A stretch of DNA of 63,216 nt, counting the filler, from Octopus bimaculoides (Eukaryota): NCBI RefSeq assembly GCF_001194135.2. It is 8 parts of 7 records of this genome, joined end to end, with 100 filler letters (N's around TTAATTAATTAA, not from the genome) between each part and the next. Parts side by side here need not be neighbours in the genome. Positions count along the whole stretch, not along the records: positions 1 to 24,491 come from NC_068993.1; 7 more parts are not named here. One strand, written 5' to 3'. The position numbers and the translations under genes were made by a program. How positions within the stretch are numbered: position 1 is the first letter of the stretch; each line of letters opens with the position of its first letter. The notes under the pieces were generated by a model. The model did no database searches. It was not told where the DNA came from and worked only from the letters and a program-made list of their open reading frames with translations. Positions 1 through 14,175 of the stretch are shown one piece after another.

Positions 1-60
<60 letters not shown>

Positions 61-67
<7 letters not shown>

Positions 68-268
68 CTGTTTGCCGACACCACTTGACAACTGGTGTTA
101 GTGTGTTTACGTTTTCGTAGCCTAGCGGTTTGGTACAAGAGACCTATACATTGAGTTCTAGGTTTAAAAACTTAAGTTCTGCGGTCTATCTTTTTTTAGA
201 CTGAAACCTTTCAAAGCGGTGCTCCAACATGACCGCAATCAAATGATTGAAACTAGAATAAAAAACAT
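61..268 (+). mobile_element. SINE family B, 3' half, preceded by its internal (TA)n(TG)n microsatellite
   Basis: Matches the 3' half of the complete copy at 44006-44487 (tagcggtttgg...gcggtgctccaacatgaccgcaatcaaatgattgaaa); positions 1-66 are (TA)n(TG)n. Confidence 0.8.
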
Positions 269-749
269 AAACGTTGTTTCCATTCTAACAAAATCTGAAA
301 TAGGATTCTTGCAAAATTCATGCTTATTTTTTGGAACTTATGTCATCCATTTTTTCTTACAGCGGTTTTAGACGTGATGTTTTCTGTGTTTTTGTCAGAA
401 AGGTCAGAATCCTATGAAATTGAACCATCAATAATTTGGATTGAGCATCCATTACTTATATAAGTCATTGACAAAAATGATCTTACCCAAAGAATGAACT
501 ATTCAAAGCAAATGCTCTTATAACACGCAAGAATATTTTGTGGCCGAGAGAGTGCTTCCACTCACTTTTGCAAATTGCCGTGTTGCATATAAAGCATACT
601 GAATTCGTTTTCTCATTACTAAGTGCTTCTTCTTTCAGCAAGATACAACAATTTTAATCATTTAATATATGACAGTGATTCGGGCAAATGTTTCGTAGTC
701 CAGGCAGACAAAATGACGATGACTCTATCGCCGAACTATGGCTAGGAAG

Positions 750-1800
750 GTGTTCAGAAGAATGATCCCGCATCGTGGGGTTCACTCCTACAAACCAATG
801 ACCTCCATTCTTTCAAAGATGCAAACAATTGTTTTAAGGATTTTTCTCGTTTTCTTTCGCTAATTAAAAGGCAAATTTCACCTTATTCAGATTAGTTTCC
901 GTACACCATTCAGCATTTCAACATGTTCTTGATTTATTAAAATTTATGCCATTAACTGAAATGAATATTAACTCAGTCTTTGTAATTATGCGTTCTAGAT
1001 ATAGTTACTTAATAGGTGGTCAGCTGGGAGTGAGTACACCTATGTCTATAGATTCTCCAGCTATAAGCATTTCATGTTTTTGCATACAATATCCAGGATT
1101 ATATGTAGTCTATGATTCCCAATAAGTACAGGGGTGAAAAAAGACTTTGACACATGACTGATATTTAGAAACACTTGTGCTTCTCATACAGATGTCTGTT
1201 TGCGACAGCTTTGAACTTCCTTGTAAGGGTTGCATCTACTTGAAATTAAGCTTTCTTGTAATCTGTATTGGACGGTTGTTGCTGTTAGTTGTTGTTGCAC
1301 TGAGAAATCGCGAAACGGGAGCGTGCAGAGTATTTTTGAAAATCGCCGATATGTCTAATTATTTCATTTTCTGTAATAACTGCATCAATAACGACCTGAC
1401 TCTTAAGACATCCGGATTTCGAGCCACCACAGCACAGTCCTCAGCACAATAGACCTCAATAATCTTTTCAATTCTAGGTTTGGTGGTTGCCTTCTGATTT
1501 CAGTAAGGTTCCCATCCAGTCGGTAAGTAAACGTGGTCCCCTTCACTATTTTCAAAAGTCTGCTTCGGCGCGTCATTCAAAAAGATGGCGATATATAATA
1601 GCATAAGAGCCATTATGAAGTTGTCCGGGCTGGAAAACAATCTAGAACCATCCGATATAGTGTTAAACCTTTTGACAAATACACAATGTTGTTCCCTACA
1701 TATCTACTGATATTTCATTGTAACGTAGGTGACTTGTATAGTGCTTTCTACAAATGCTGAAGTCACAAAGTGTCTCTAATGTGAGGATTTCTGAAAATGA
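750..1800 (-). mobile_element. Highly degenerate RTE-clade LINE RT region
   Basis: Frameshifted minus-strand translation gives CREQHCVFVKRFNTI, FTYRLDGNLTEIRR (RTE YRxDGxLxxxRR motif) and VYCAEDCAVVAR (LYADDCALVA-like). Confidence 0.6.
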
Positions 1801-2372
1801 TCGGACCAGTCGTTTGAGCATGACCTATATATATATATATACATGTGTGTGTGTTAGTCTGTGTGTGTACATATGTATAAGAAGAATGTTTATCTGATTG
1901 TCATTTATATTTCTTAAGACTCATTATATCCTAAACAAACGTACATAGACTTTATTTAATTAATGAGCTTCGAGAAATTACAATTAAAACTTCCTGTGAC
2001 ATGTTGTCATGCAAATACATGATATTCTGTGTTATATTTTATGCCAGGAATTGTTGAGTTGGAGCAAACTATTAAAATTCCTTGACGATTTAACTGGAAA
2101 CTCATCGTACGGAAGGTTAAACAATTCTCGGAACATAAGGAAATATTTTCATATACATTGAATAAATTAGTTCCCGCACGTTACTGCCTTACATAATTAC
2201 TATGCATTATGCTATAAATGAAAGATGTTAATGTAATCAGATGCATAAAGAATTAGAATAGCGAAAGGGTTTTGCTAAAAAAAAATGACTTTCTGAACGA
2301 GCCAAAGAGGCGCAGATACATTTATATACGCTAAGCACCACCTCATAGCTGTCTATTTGGCTATCTCCATTA

Positions 2373-2424
<52 letters not shown>

Positions 2425-2580
2425 ATGTAGGTGCATATAAGCACACACACACACACATACACATTCATAAATAGATATAAGTATAGATATATGTTTTCAT
2501 GTATGCGTGTATGTGTGTGTGTATATATGCATATATATATATATGTGTGTGTGCGTATATATATAAGCATATAGATACGC

Positions 2581-2653
<73 letters not shown>

Positions 2654-3074
2654 TGAGTGTGTGCGTGCGTTTCTGCGTATGTGCGTGTATTTGTGTGTGC
2701 GTTAGTGTGTGCGTGTGTAGGATAATATATTACAGCTTGGAAGGCACCTGTTATCCATTCATAAACACATAAAAGCTTAAGTCGTGGCTGTGGTCTCGTG
2801 TTTATAAATGTATTCATGTCAAGCTATGATAAATAGGATTTTACATTAATCCGCAAGATTACTGAATACTTTTCATACAGTGCTTATTAATTATTCTTTT
2901 ATAAGAACAATGTTGATAGTGATTTCGAAGTTTCACACTGCTTGCCTTGAAACATCACTTCTTGAATAAACACAAGACTAGAGTATATGGCTTAATTTAC
3001 ATTGAATTCTTTCCTCACAGTTCCTTTTAACTAGAGAAGTGATTCTAATTTCAAATTTTGGCGCACGGACAACA

Positions 3075-3190
3075 CTTTGGAGGGAGGAGATAAGTTGATT
3101 ACATCGAGCGCAGTACTCGACTGGTACTTTTTTTATCGACCCTGAAAGGATTAATAGCAAATGTGAACTCAGCAAAATTTGCTTTATGCA
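3075..3190 (-). mobile_element. SINE family A, partial
   Basis: actggtactt..atcgaccctgaaaggat..gaactcagcaaaattt matches the reverse complement of 28030-28255. Confidence 0.7.
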
Positions 3191-3378
3191 GCGGTGAAGT
3201 CCTCGTCAGTAGCAGTCGTTACATTGAGACTGGAGCCAATGCTTTACCTAGGAAATAAGTTAATCATCATCTGAAAAGTGCTTCCTCTTCAAGAAAGACT
3301 TCATGGTATGCATGAATGTATTTGTGGTTCAAGAGAGTTATCATTGGTTACATGCCGAGAGAACACTCTCAACTATAA

Positions 3379-3515
3379 TGAAGTACTTATTTATATCGAT
3401 CCTGAAAGGATGAATGGCAAAGGTGACCTCCGCAAAATTTGAACTCAGAATTTAAAACAGAACGAATTTACGCTAAACATTTTGCCCGGCGTGCTAATGA
3501 TCCTGCCAGCGCGCC
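3379..3515 (-). mobile_element. SINE family A
   Basis: tcgatcctgaaaggatgaatggcaaaggtgacctccgcaaaatttgaactcagaa...cccggcgtgctaatgatcctgccagc. Confidence 0.8.
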
Positions 3516-3819
3516 CTCTCACTGAAGTAATATTAACGCCCGATGTTTCGTTATTCTATATGTAATGGTAGGAGAAGTAAAAACATTAAGGAGCTAACGT
3601 CATGTCAATAATAAAACTAACTACATCATCATTGAAAATGTAGTGCCCATGTGTATATGTGTATATATTGTTTATAGTTTCAGCTTAGAGCTGCGGCCAT
3701 GCCGATGCACCGCCAGACATAGGTTAACATTTCGAACTACAAACAATTAATTCAAACAACATGCATAATTTTGTACACGGATACACCTGCATATACATTA
3801 CTATATCTAGGTCTGTCTG

Positions 3820-3886
<67 letters not shown>

Positions 3887-3900
3887 CTTCTCTCACTCTA

Positions 3901-3946
<46 letters not shown>

Positions 3947-4050
3947 NNNNNNNNNNNNNNNNNNNNNNNNNNNNNNNNNNNNNNNNNNNNNNNNNNNNNN
4001 NNNNNNNNNNNNNNNNNNNNNNNNNNNNNNNNNNNNNNNNNNNNNNNNNN

Positions 4051-4107
<57 letters not shown>

Positions 4108-4534
4108 ATATATGTATATATGTATGTATGTGTGTGTATGTGTGTGTATGTAGTATGTATATATGTGTGCCTAGTTATGTATACGTGCGTGCGAGTGTGG
4201 GTGGGTGTAAAATCACATTCCTAAACACTAAACTCACATGACTATAAAACGAGAAGAAAAAAACAGTATGATCAAGAAACCGTAAAAACGCGCACTCCCA
4301 AAAGCACTACACAGGGACTGTGACTAACGAATCGTAAAAAAACAAGTCTTTTTGATAAATGTCAGAATTTGAAAAACAGAGAGATGCGCCTAGCAAAACA
4401 ACATAATCATTTTCATATAAACATGTGAAATCGGTAAACAGGAAATGCTTCTCACGAACTGAGGAAGAGCGAATTCCCGAACATAGTAATTAAGGATTTT
4501 CGACAAATACAGAAAACCATCTTATGCGTATGCA

Positions 4535-4630
4535 TGTCTGTGTGGTTACGAATCACGCTTTGCAATCGTGTGGTTTCGGTTTCATTTCCACTGTGCAGAA
4601 CCTTGGGCCAGTTATTCTGCTATAGCCCCG
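4535..4630 (+). mobile_element. SINE family B head, degenerate
   Basis: gtggtt..gtggtttcggtttcatttccactgtgcagaaccttgggccagttattctgctatagcccc resembles 44015-44115. Confidence 0.5.
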
Positions 4631-4814
4631 ATCTAACCAACGTGATCGTTTTAAGTTTCTTCCAGCCAGATGAATCATATCAGTGTTTCACAAAATATTT
4701 TGAAGTTGTTCACACGAATTGTTTACATGTTGTTTTACATGCTGTAGGAGAAAAAAATCACATGAGTCTTTTCTAGAAATGAATGATCGTTTCTATAATA
4801 GAAGGATCTATCTT

Positions 4815-4992
4815 AGGAAGGGTCTAAATCGAAAACATCGATCTCAGTGCTCAACTGATCCTTATTTTGTCGACCCCAAAATGATGAAAGGTAAAGTTGA
4901 TCCCGACGGAGTCTGAACTCAGAATGTAAAGACTGACAAAATGCCGGTAATCATTTTGTCTGGTCTGACGGGCTAACGATTCTATGAGCTGC
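4815..4992 (-). mobile_element. SINE family A
   Basis: gtcgaccccaaaatgatgaaaggtaaagttgatcccgacggagtctgaactcagaatgtaaagac...gctaacgattct. Confidence 0.8.
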
Positions 4993-6310
4993 TTGCTTCC
5001 TTTTTGTAGAAATTAATAATATGACAAAAAAGTTACAAGCATTTAAAGTATGTAGTTTTAACCAATGGGAAGCGTCGTGTCCGTGACGAAAGACGTACTT
5101 GACAAGAAGTGGGGCAACGAGTAGATTTATTTTGGGGGGGTGTTTAACACCCAACGAGAGGTGGAGACCAATTTAGTAGCGGTAGAAAAGACCGTCATAA
5201 TTGGAGGAGTAAAAGGGAGAGCTGGAGAGAGAGATTTAAAGGCAGTGAGAGAGAATGACCTGGATGCATAGAGGAAGTGTGAAAAAGACAGAAAGAAAAA
5301 GAGAGCAGACAGTAAGAATGAAGGTCAGAGGTGTAATTCTATTGGCCATCGACTATATCCTAAACAGTCATATAAATTACTTTGGACAGACTCATGTGTA
5401 GAGAACGTGTCCCCTTATGGATATTTCTTGACTTTTCTGGATATATATATAGTACCTGTTGGAGACTGTATTATAATTTGGTTGCGAAGAAAAAGACAAT
5501 TATTTGTAATAGTTCATCACCATGTTGATATGCGTTCGACAAGAGTCATTCTTACCGATGGCGAGGTCTAGATTTTATATGCGCAAACTTACAAATCTCT
5601 TGGCAAACAAATATACTTAAGCATCAAACATGATCTCACACGTGCACGCTCTTATATACGCACATGTGCTGTTACACTCCCTCACACTGAAAGTTCGCCG
5701 TATACTTAACGAGCAGCGTATAAAATCATAATGAAATCTGTACTCGAACACAACCATAGAAATTTACTTCGATGCAACTGTTCACAATTGTACCCAATAA
5801 AACGATAATATCAGCCGCACACATGAGGTTGCATAAACATTCAGTCATATAAAGTGAAACGAGCCTTCTATTGAGTGCTAAATATTAGCGCATAAATACA
5901 CATTTACTAGGTTTGTGAGACTATAACCGCTTCTCTCCCATAAATTTAAACACAACTTCATACACACATAGATAACTGCGTATACATATATGCGCATCCA
6001 TGTATAGAAATATAGGCATACGCACACACGCAAATACACACACACACTCTTATGCATGCATTTCTATAGAAAGCCACACAAACATAGTTGGGAAAGTATT
6101 TAAGATAAAATAGACTTAAATCAGACGAACGTACATTTCTCTTACTTCAATCCCACTCTATCCATAAAGACATCTTTGCCCGAAAGGTTTGGATTATTAA
6201 ATGTTCTACAGTAAAATTTTAAGCTTTATTCCTATTTAAAATTAATCTTTTCCCGGCTGCATCGGGTGACAGTCTAAATCACATATACGTATATATGTGA
6301 ATATGTATGT

Positions 6311-6388
<78 letters not shown>

Positions 6389-7299
6389 AGTGACACGCAC
6401 TGACACACACGCACACATACACGTTTGTTGGAGTATATATACTTCCGCTTTTACGTGCAGTTTTGGGATACTTTCTATACGTGTACATCGATGCAAGTGT
6501 ATGAATGTATATGAGGACATAAATGATTGTGTATTTTTATGTTCAAGTTTGTGAGTGTATATTTATGTTCCATCTCGAACAATCGAACAGTATGCGTTAG
6601 GGAAAGAAGAAAATAAGGGAAATGTTTGCACACAGACAAAAGGAGATGATAAAAGCAGATACAGTTCACAGCACAGAACGAAAGGATAAAAAAATGACAC
6701 GGAAATTTAAAACGAAGGAAAATATAATATGATAAAAAGAAAAATAATACACACAAAGAGAAACGAAAAGAAAACACACGCATGAAGATCTAAGCCCACC
6801 ATCAGCCGAGTAACAATTTTCATAGACATTTCAACGCCTTCAAGTTATTCCTTCATCTGACAATGTCAGTAGCGACATATTAGTTACGAGGACAAGTTAG
6901 AGAACAAAACAATAAGAGGAAAATATTAGACAGGTAATAAACAATGGATGAACTGAAATCAAGGTTCAGCATAACAGTGCTTAAGAAATAAAATTTATAC
7001 GCAGCTATAAGAAAGCAAAAGATAACTCATAGATAGGAGCATTTAACCCTCATTAGCCGTCTATGAAATTTTCCATATTCAGTGTGATTTTGACACTAAG
7101 ACGGTTGCATTCCATCTAGCGGTTTAAAAAAGCGATCAGATTTCTTTCAAGTAAGCTTCAGAATAAAGTAAAAGCAAGTGACGTAGATAATGCATCGATT
7201 CGGACAATGCTAAGGAAAAAATACTGTTCATGTGCGTGGTTATCTAAACGTCTGTGCATATTTGTGTTCTACGAGTGTTTATACATAAATACGTACGTA

Positions 7300-7380
7300 C
7301 CTAGGCGTGGTTGCAAGGTAAGAAGATTGATTCCAAACCAAATAGTTGGAGGTTCTGTTCCACTTCATGGCACCATTTCC
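7300..7380 (+). mobile_element. SINE family B head, partial, abutting the Penelope fragment
   Basis: ggcgtggttgcaaggtaagaagattgattccaaacca...ggttctgttccact resembles the family B head. Confidence 0.5.
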
Positions 7381-7950
7381 TCTACGTCTAAGTCTTATCT
7401 CTTACCACCTATTCCATAAGATTTGGCTCTACTAGTAATATCCGAGTCGATGGAATAGATTTTATTACTCTCTTTCAGCGACCAAACTAGCTTACTTATT
7501 AGGCTAGTGTTATTTCTTTTGTCCCTATATTTAAAAGAATTTACATGGGTAGCCATCCTTTGTTTGACAAAACTTGAACTAAAACCATTAGAAGAATACT
7601 CTTTATTTTCTGAGGCAACTTTACACCTATACACTACATTTTTATTCCTACATTTAAAATTTAATGAGCATTGTCTATTCCTTGTGCAATCACAGGAATT
7701 AGTTCTATTTCTATTACTGTCTTCTATGTCGGCTACATATATATTCATATATGGATGCTTGTCGTTAAACATTGTGATATGATCCAAAATATGTTGGATC
7801 ATATCACAAATATATGATCGGACTGTAAAGCAGTTTTCAAAATTATATACTGCAAACTCTTAAAGTTCTTGTTATTTCTATATTATTCAGTATATTTCTT
7901 GTCCAATGATATGATTACGACTTCCGAAAAGTGACCCGGCTTTAATCTGT
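7372..7950 (-). mobile_element. Penelope-like element (PLE) C-terminal GIY-YIG endonuclease fragment
   Basis: ORF 7395-7802: CDCTRNRQCSLNFKCRNKNVVYRCKV...FVKQRMATHVNSF...TSLISKLVWSLKE...AKSYGIGGKR fits the PLE pattern CxC..CPLxGxC..VVY..FKxR..H..SF..TxLS..W.LK; GIY motif decayed. Confidence 0.8.
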
Positions 7951-8199
7951 TAAGACCGAGAATTCTATTGGAGAACTTTCAGTGTGAGTGAGTTCAAAAA
8001 GTGCGTGTGTGAATGTGCATGCGAGCAAGCGTGAGGTCATGTCTGGTGATATGTGCATATGTATGTGAAAACAAGAAAATTCCCGTAACCATGGTTACTT
8101 TCTGTTGCATATATTTATAAAGTGTGTGTGTATGTCTATGTGTGTGTGTCTTCCCATTGGTTAAAACTACATGTCTATGTATGTATGTATGTATGTATG

Positions 8200-8242
<43 letters not shown>

Positions 8243-8429
8243 GAATATATACGAACATATACACACATATATATACGCACATATATGGCTGTATGCGTTT
8301 GTGTGTGTGTGTCCGTGTCTCTTTTCAAACGAAAGAAGAATTAGTCTATATACAACAAATTATAATAAACGTGTATAAAATGCATACATACGTGTGTACA
8401 TGGGTGTGTATGGATGATGTAGTATGTGC

Positions 8430-8478
<49 letters not shown>

Positions 8479-8927
8479 CTGTGAGTATTATACACGTATA
8501 TATATATGTATGTTTATATATATATAAATGCATATGTGCATGTGTATGTATGTGTGTATGTTATTGTTATGCTTGTGTGCTTACATATTAGAAAATGCAA
8601 TTAAGTCAATTTGTTCCTAACAAAACAGCAACGTTGCAATGGCAGACAAGAGTTGTTCATTCAGTTAACATTCATTGAATGACTTACATGCAAAGACTTG
8701 ACAAAGGTCAAAGTTGAATAAGGCACCAGTTTGTTATTTGATTGAGCAGATTTATCTAGTTATCTCTGCAGAGAAACATCCCGGACACACATCCTGAAGG
8801 GTGTCAAACCCATCATACATATGCACGCACATACATGTGTGTGGAACCATGTCTCCCTCTCTCTCTGTGTGTATCTATCTATCTATCTGTCTATCTATCT
8901 ATATATCTATGTATGTATGTATGTATG

Positions 8928-8982
<55 letters not shown>

Positions 8983-9229
8983 ATATATANNNNNNNNNNN
9001 NNNNNNNNNNNNNNNNNNNNNNNNNNNNNNNNNNNNNNNNNNNNNNNNNNNNNNNNNNNNNNNNNNNNNNNNNNNNNNNNNNNNNNNNNNNNNNNNNNNN
9101 NNNNNNNNNNNNNNNNNNNNNNNNNNNNNNNNNNNNNNNNNNNNNNNNNNNNNNNNNNNNNNNNNNNNNNNNNNNNNNNNNNNNNNNNNNNNNNNNNNNN
9201 NNNNNNNNNNNNNNNNNNNNNNNNNNNNN

Positions 9230-9292
<63 letters not shown>

Positions 9293-10439
9293 ATACATAC
9301 ACACATATATATATATACAAATGTGCGTGAGTGCTTGTGTATGTGTGCATTGTGTTCATTGCTTGATACACAATTGATTAAATAGAATCATACATACATA
9401 TATCCATAGATAGATGGATAGTTCAACGGGCTATTTCGCCATTTAAGTATTCACGGTTTGCGTCTGAGAATATGTTGGCGTACTATTTACAAAAACATGA
9501 GAGTTTTGTTCAATAAGTTATCAGATGTTGTGGCATTCATTCAATCCCCTTTGCAGTGTTGATTATAATATACAGAAACATAATAATTGAACCGATAGAA
9601 CCAACTTATGAGCGTTTACTTTCTTATTTCCAGCACACTATAATTCGACAGTTATTTTTCTTTGTCTTCCTAAGGATTGCATAAGTCAAGAAACTCAGAT
9701 AAGTGATAGGAAGAGTGAATCAATATTTTGGTACAAATTTTTATAAATATACTCTATAACATGCACGGTTGCTCTTTCTGTTCTTTGCTAATCAATGAAA
9801 GTGTAAATTCCTCTCCTACGCGCTGACGCAGTATCTGGAAACTTGTAAATCAAAGCTGAAATTGAGCAATAACCTTTCCTCTCATCTGCTTTTTGAAAAC
9901 CTTCACAATACCATTGAAAATGTTCAATGGAAAGTACCACATCCTCAAAACCGAAACATTCTTTGGAATCATGCGAGGGAAAGATTCTACGTCTTTGATA
10001 TACGTAAGAGCAATGTAAATGCAGATAATAAGGTCAGCTTGAAATTAAGGACCTTTAAATCTTGGACCTAATAAAAATGGTAAGCTTTAGATTCAATTCA
10101 CAATATCTTCCTAATCGTGCTAAGCAAGCCAATAATTCTCTTGAATATCTCAACCAGCGGGTTTTAGAGAAAACTTAGGGTGTATTATTATGCACACGAT
10201 GCGACTATTACATGATATCTGCGGAAGATAAAATAATCCTTTGTATTTGTAACACAATAATGAAGACTGCGTTGAAAAGTTGCACCAACCGAAATATATA
10301 TTACTGTTACGAACGAAAAATTGTATTCAGATAAGTTTCCACTCGAAAGACGCGAATTAGAAACACCACCTTCTCTGTTTTGCAGAGTGACGAATAAAAA
10401 AGAAATCATTTTGGTCACGTGACTGTTTAAAACCTCACA

Positions 10440-11140
10440 GAATTTGGTACCCCTAACACCAAAGGCACCTCAGGTAGGCACTCCTCTCCTCTACATTCCG
10501 TCCGGGCTACAGGCACACATTTAGAGTAGGCCCATTCTCACGGGCCAGATTTTCCACATTCACTCACCTTTCCACAAACTTACTGGGTAACAGCACCTCC
10601 CTCTCCAGCCTCATTTTCTTTTTCAGATGGCACTTGCCCGAATGTGGCCTTGCCCGAAGAGGAAGATACGCATCTTCAACACATTAAATCACGTCCACCA
10701 CACAACCTCTTTCGTCATTGCCATCAGACAAAGAAAAACTGCCTGTTCTTCCCAGCCAAAGGAAGGAGGCGGAGCGATCTTCACGATGGACTCAGATGAT
10801 AGCTGGATCTGTTCCACGTGTGAGAGTAACGGAATGACAAAGCTGCACAAGTCAGCAAACGTGGACAATATACGAGAGCATGCAGAACAGTTTCATCGCT
10901 CCGCGTGCATCTCGGACAGGCTCATCTGACTAAATATCTCTGCGCTTATGACGAACCTGCAAAGCCCCACCCCACGCCAGTAGCATTGCCAGCCCAGGGA
11001 TTTCTGGAAGTTATCCATAAGCCGCGGCCCGAACGTTTTCTAGAAGAGAACAGTTGACACCCTCCCATAGTCCAAAACCTCTCCGAGGACGTCGTCACTC
11101 TTGCACTCCTAAAGAACTCTAAGATGGAACTTCCACCGAC
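10440..11140 (-). mobile_element. L1/Tx1-clade LINE ORF2 3' end, degenerate
   Basis: Minus-strand translation: DNFQKSLGWQC..., ACPRCTRSDETVLHALVYCPRL (CCHC zinc finger), AMTKEVVWWT, KMRLEREVLLPSKFVER. Confidence 0.75.
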
Positions 11141-11307
11141 CTTTCTATTAAAGGTACAACGCCTGAAATTTGGTTGGAGGGAACTAGTGCTTCACTGGTA
11201 CTTAATTCATCGACCCCGGCGAAATTTGAACTGAGAACGTAAAGATGGACGAAATGCTGCTTAGCATTTTCCCCGGCGTGCTAACGATTCTGCCAGCTCG
11301 TCGCCTT
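11141..11307 (-). mobile_element. SINE family A (internally deleted), (ATT)n at its 5' flank
   Basis: Head AAGGCGACGAGCTGGCAGAATCGTTAG on minus; B-box-like GTTCAAATT; (AAT)n at about 11313-11345 on plus. Confidence 0.85.
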
Positions 11308-12519
11308 AACAACAATAATAATAATAATAATAATAATAACAATAATGACACCTCCGCCGACAACGGCGTCTACAACGACGACGACGAGGACGACGACGTC
11401 GACGATGGTGGTGATGGTGATGATGAGGCATACAAGGACAACATTATATTGCGGGGATACAATATCCAAGACATAAGTGATAACTGAAACAGTCTATTTA
11501 CTGGAAATTTCCTTACTTCAAATTCTCTCTTTATTGAATAACTTCCTTTTAATACAAACGTAAACGAACCATACGTTTGAAAGCCCGAATTTTATGTATT
11601 GTGAAAGGAAAAAGCAGAGGCAATCAGCGATAAGCGAGTGCACATGTCAATCAAAGCTGAACTTGTTAATTGTTTCGTATGTTTATGACTTGGATTGCAA
11701 AGAAAAGGAGGAAACTATTCTAGAATAATAGAATACAAAGCACGAAGCATTCACTAAATAAACTATTTACGCATTCGCTTGTCTTCGATATCGTGTCCCT
11801 ATAATACGGTTTTGTTAATCATTTTTTTTTCCTATTCGGCTCACTGTAACTCGAATGCCTTTGTTATTTTGACATAACATATAATATTAAATGTGATAAT
11901 GCGTTTCTGAAACGATTGCCAGTTTTAAAATGTAATAACTATTTCTTTTTTTTTTTTTTTGAAGAATATTTTCCCCATAAAATATAGTGACGTAGAATAG
12001 TACAAATTTAAATTTGACACAATATGTTTTTCGAAAGAATTCAATTTTAAAAGTAAAATAAATGCAAAATATGACCGATTTTCATATTTTCGCTTAAATA
12101 TTTCAAAATTCAGTCTACTCGGCCATGTTCATATTACGCACACGAACNNNNNNNNNNNNNNNNNNNNNNNNNNNNNNNNNNNNNNNNATATATATATATA
12201 TATATATATACAATACAAATAATATGTGAGTATATGCATATATACGTACATGTATGTACATACCTACATCTACATGTATATATAGATGCATATCTGGGTA
12301 CAGGACATCACAAACAAAAACATGGACAATATGATAAACAGAACATAAGCAGAGCACAGAAAACAAACAGGCCACATAGAGAACATTTCCTTCATCAACT
12401 GCCACCATTCTAAACTAAGCGTTTCGAAGTGTTAAGGCAGGACGCATTGTTAGAATAGCTCATCCCGCGGAAACAAGTCAAATTAACTTAAATTAAATTT
12501 GTAATGTGGAGATGTAGTA

Positions 12520-12620
12520 GTATTAGTAGTATGGGGAAAGCTTGGTCTGCAATGTTTGCAGTCGTGTATGCTTGTCAAGAGCAGGGCTCATTAACCACGA
12601 ACGGAGCCGCAAATGCAAAA
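12520..12620 (+). mobile_element. RTE-type LINE extreme 3' end (C2H2-like finger)
   Basis: LVCNVCSRVCLSRAGLINHERS matches the RTE C-terminal CxxCxRxCxSRxGLxxHxR motif. Confidence 0.6.
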
Positions 12621-13039
12621 TATATGTTAGTCCTAGAGCGCACAATAGTAGTAGTAATAGTAGTATTAGTAGTGGTGGTGGTGGTAGTAGTAGTATTTGG
12701 TTCTTAAGATACCATAACTATTCAGAAAAATGTGTGAGATATTTCTAGCTGCGTTTGTAAATACATGGTAACGTTGATTGAATCTGAACTTGAATGGCTT
12801 CACCGGTAACTCTATATTCAGTGTGGAGTCAGTGTTATTCTTTTACATAACTCTTGCGCGATACACAATAGTAGTAGTGAGAAAGGATTGTTTAAGAGTT
12901 TCAGCAGGTGCGGCTTGGAAAAAAATTTGCTTCTAGCAAAGGATGTTTGAGTTTCCGCTTATTGATAATACTTTTCTATTCGATGCAATTTTCTGTGATT
13001 CTGTTGCTACAATTAACTTTTGTTAAATTGCAAATTATA

Positions 13040-13350
13040 ATTGGAGAACTGCTTACTGTATTCTATACATGAATCTGATAGAGGTATTGATATGAAATTC
13101 GGATTAGAAAGATGCGCCAGTGTAAACTTAAGAGAGGAAAATTAATTAAGAACGCTAATACCACGTTAAATAATGAGAGATAAAAGAATTAGACCGAACA
13201 AAAACTTAAACATACTTACCAATTAATGAACTATATAGTTTAAAAACTCGCATACTTCAAAGAAAGATCAGGAATTGACATTGTTCACGCATTATATTAA
13301 TACTTAACACAGAGTTTAAAGGAAGAAAATCAATAATAGATAGATAAATA
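13040..13350 (+). mobile_element. R4/Dong-clade non-LTR RT fragment, degenerate
   Basis: GIDMKFGLERCASV / LKRGKLI matches the Dong motif IGMEFGLEKCAxxxxKRGK. Confidence 0.65.
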
Positions 13351-13580
13351 AGTAAATAAATTTAAAAAAAAAAAAAAATAATAGCTAAAACTCTCAGAAG
13401 TGTCGTAAATAGGTAATATTCTCGACTGAACGCAAAATCAATTTGCAAAACTCGGCAAAAGATAAAAAACAAAAATAAAAAAAAGACCAAACAAAGATTA
13501 TGAATGAATATAGTTTAAAAGTGAATTTCGTGTATTTTATACAAAAAAGGAAATCCTTGGTGAATATCTTGAGCCATGAC

Positions 13581-13632
<52 letters not shown>

Positions 13633-13772
13633 NNNNNNNNNNNNNNNNNNNNNNNNNNNNNNNNNNNNNNNNNNNNNNNNNNNNNNNNNNNNNNNNNNNN
13701 NNNNNNNNNNNNNNNNNNNNNNNNNNNNNNNNNNNNNNNNNNNNNNNNNNNNNNNNNNNNNNNNNNNNTGTA

Positions 13773-13991
13773 ATAATGGTTTCAAATTTTGGCTCAAGGT
13801 CAGGCACTCCACGGTAGTGGGTCAGTCGAAGACATCCACCGCAATGTTCAACTACTATTTATTTTAACGACCTCATGAAGATGAAAGGCAAAGTCTACCT
13901 CGGTGGATTCTGAACTCAGAACGCAAAGATTAACAAAATTCAGCTAAGCATTTTGCCCAGCGTACCAAAACTTCTGTCAGCTCGACGCCTT
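13773..13991 (-). mobile_element. SINE family A, near full length, between (AAT)n and (TAC)n tracts
   Basis: Alignable end to end with 32035-32250. Confidence 0.85.
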
Positions 13992-14091
13992 ACTACTACT
14001 ACTACTACTACTACTCCCACCACCTACACCACCACTACTATTACCACCACCAACACCAACAGTAATAATAACAGTAATATAATAATGATCT

Positions 14092-14175
14092 GAAATACTG
14101 GCACAAAGCCAGAAATATTTTTGAGGAGAGGGGCGTTTGCTGTTTACCGAAAGGCAAAGTTGACTTCAGTGGAAG
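14092..14175 (-). mobile_element. SINE family A 3' fragment
   Basis: ggcacaaagccagaaatattttgaggagagggg...gaaaggcaaagttgacttc. Confidence 0.55.

Noticed and set aside
1405-1450. Minus-strand CUGAGGA...GAAAUCCGGAU hammerhead-like string
   Set aside because: Stem II does not pair, position 17 would be G, and it lies inside RTE coding sequence
10627-10929. Plus-strand 100-aa ORF after a pyrimidine tract ending in CAG (exon-like)
   Set aside because: The minus strand carries a clear LINE CCHC finger and C-terminal motifs, so this ORF is the antisense shadow
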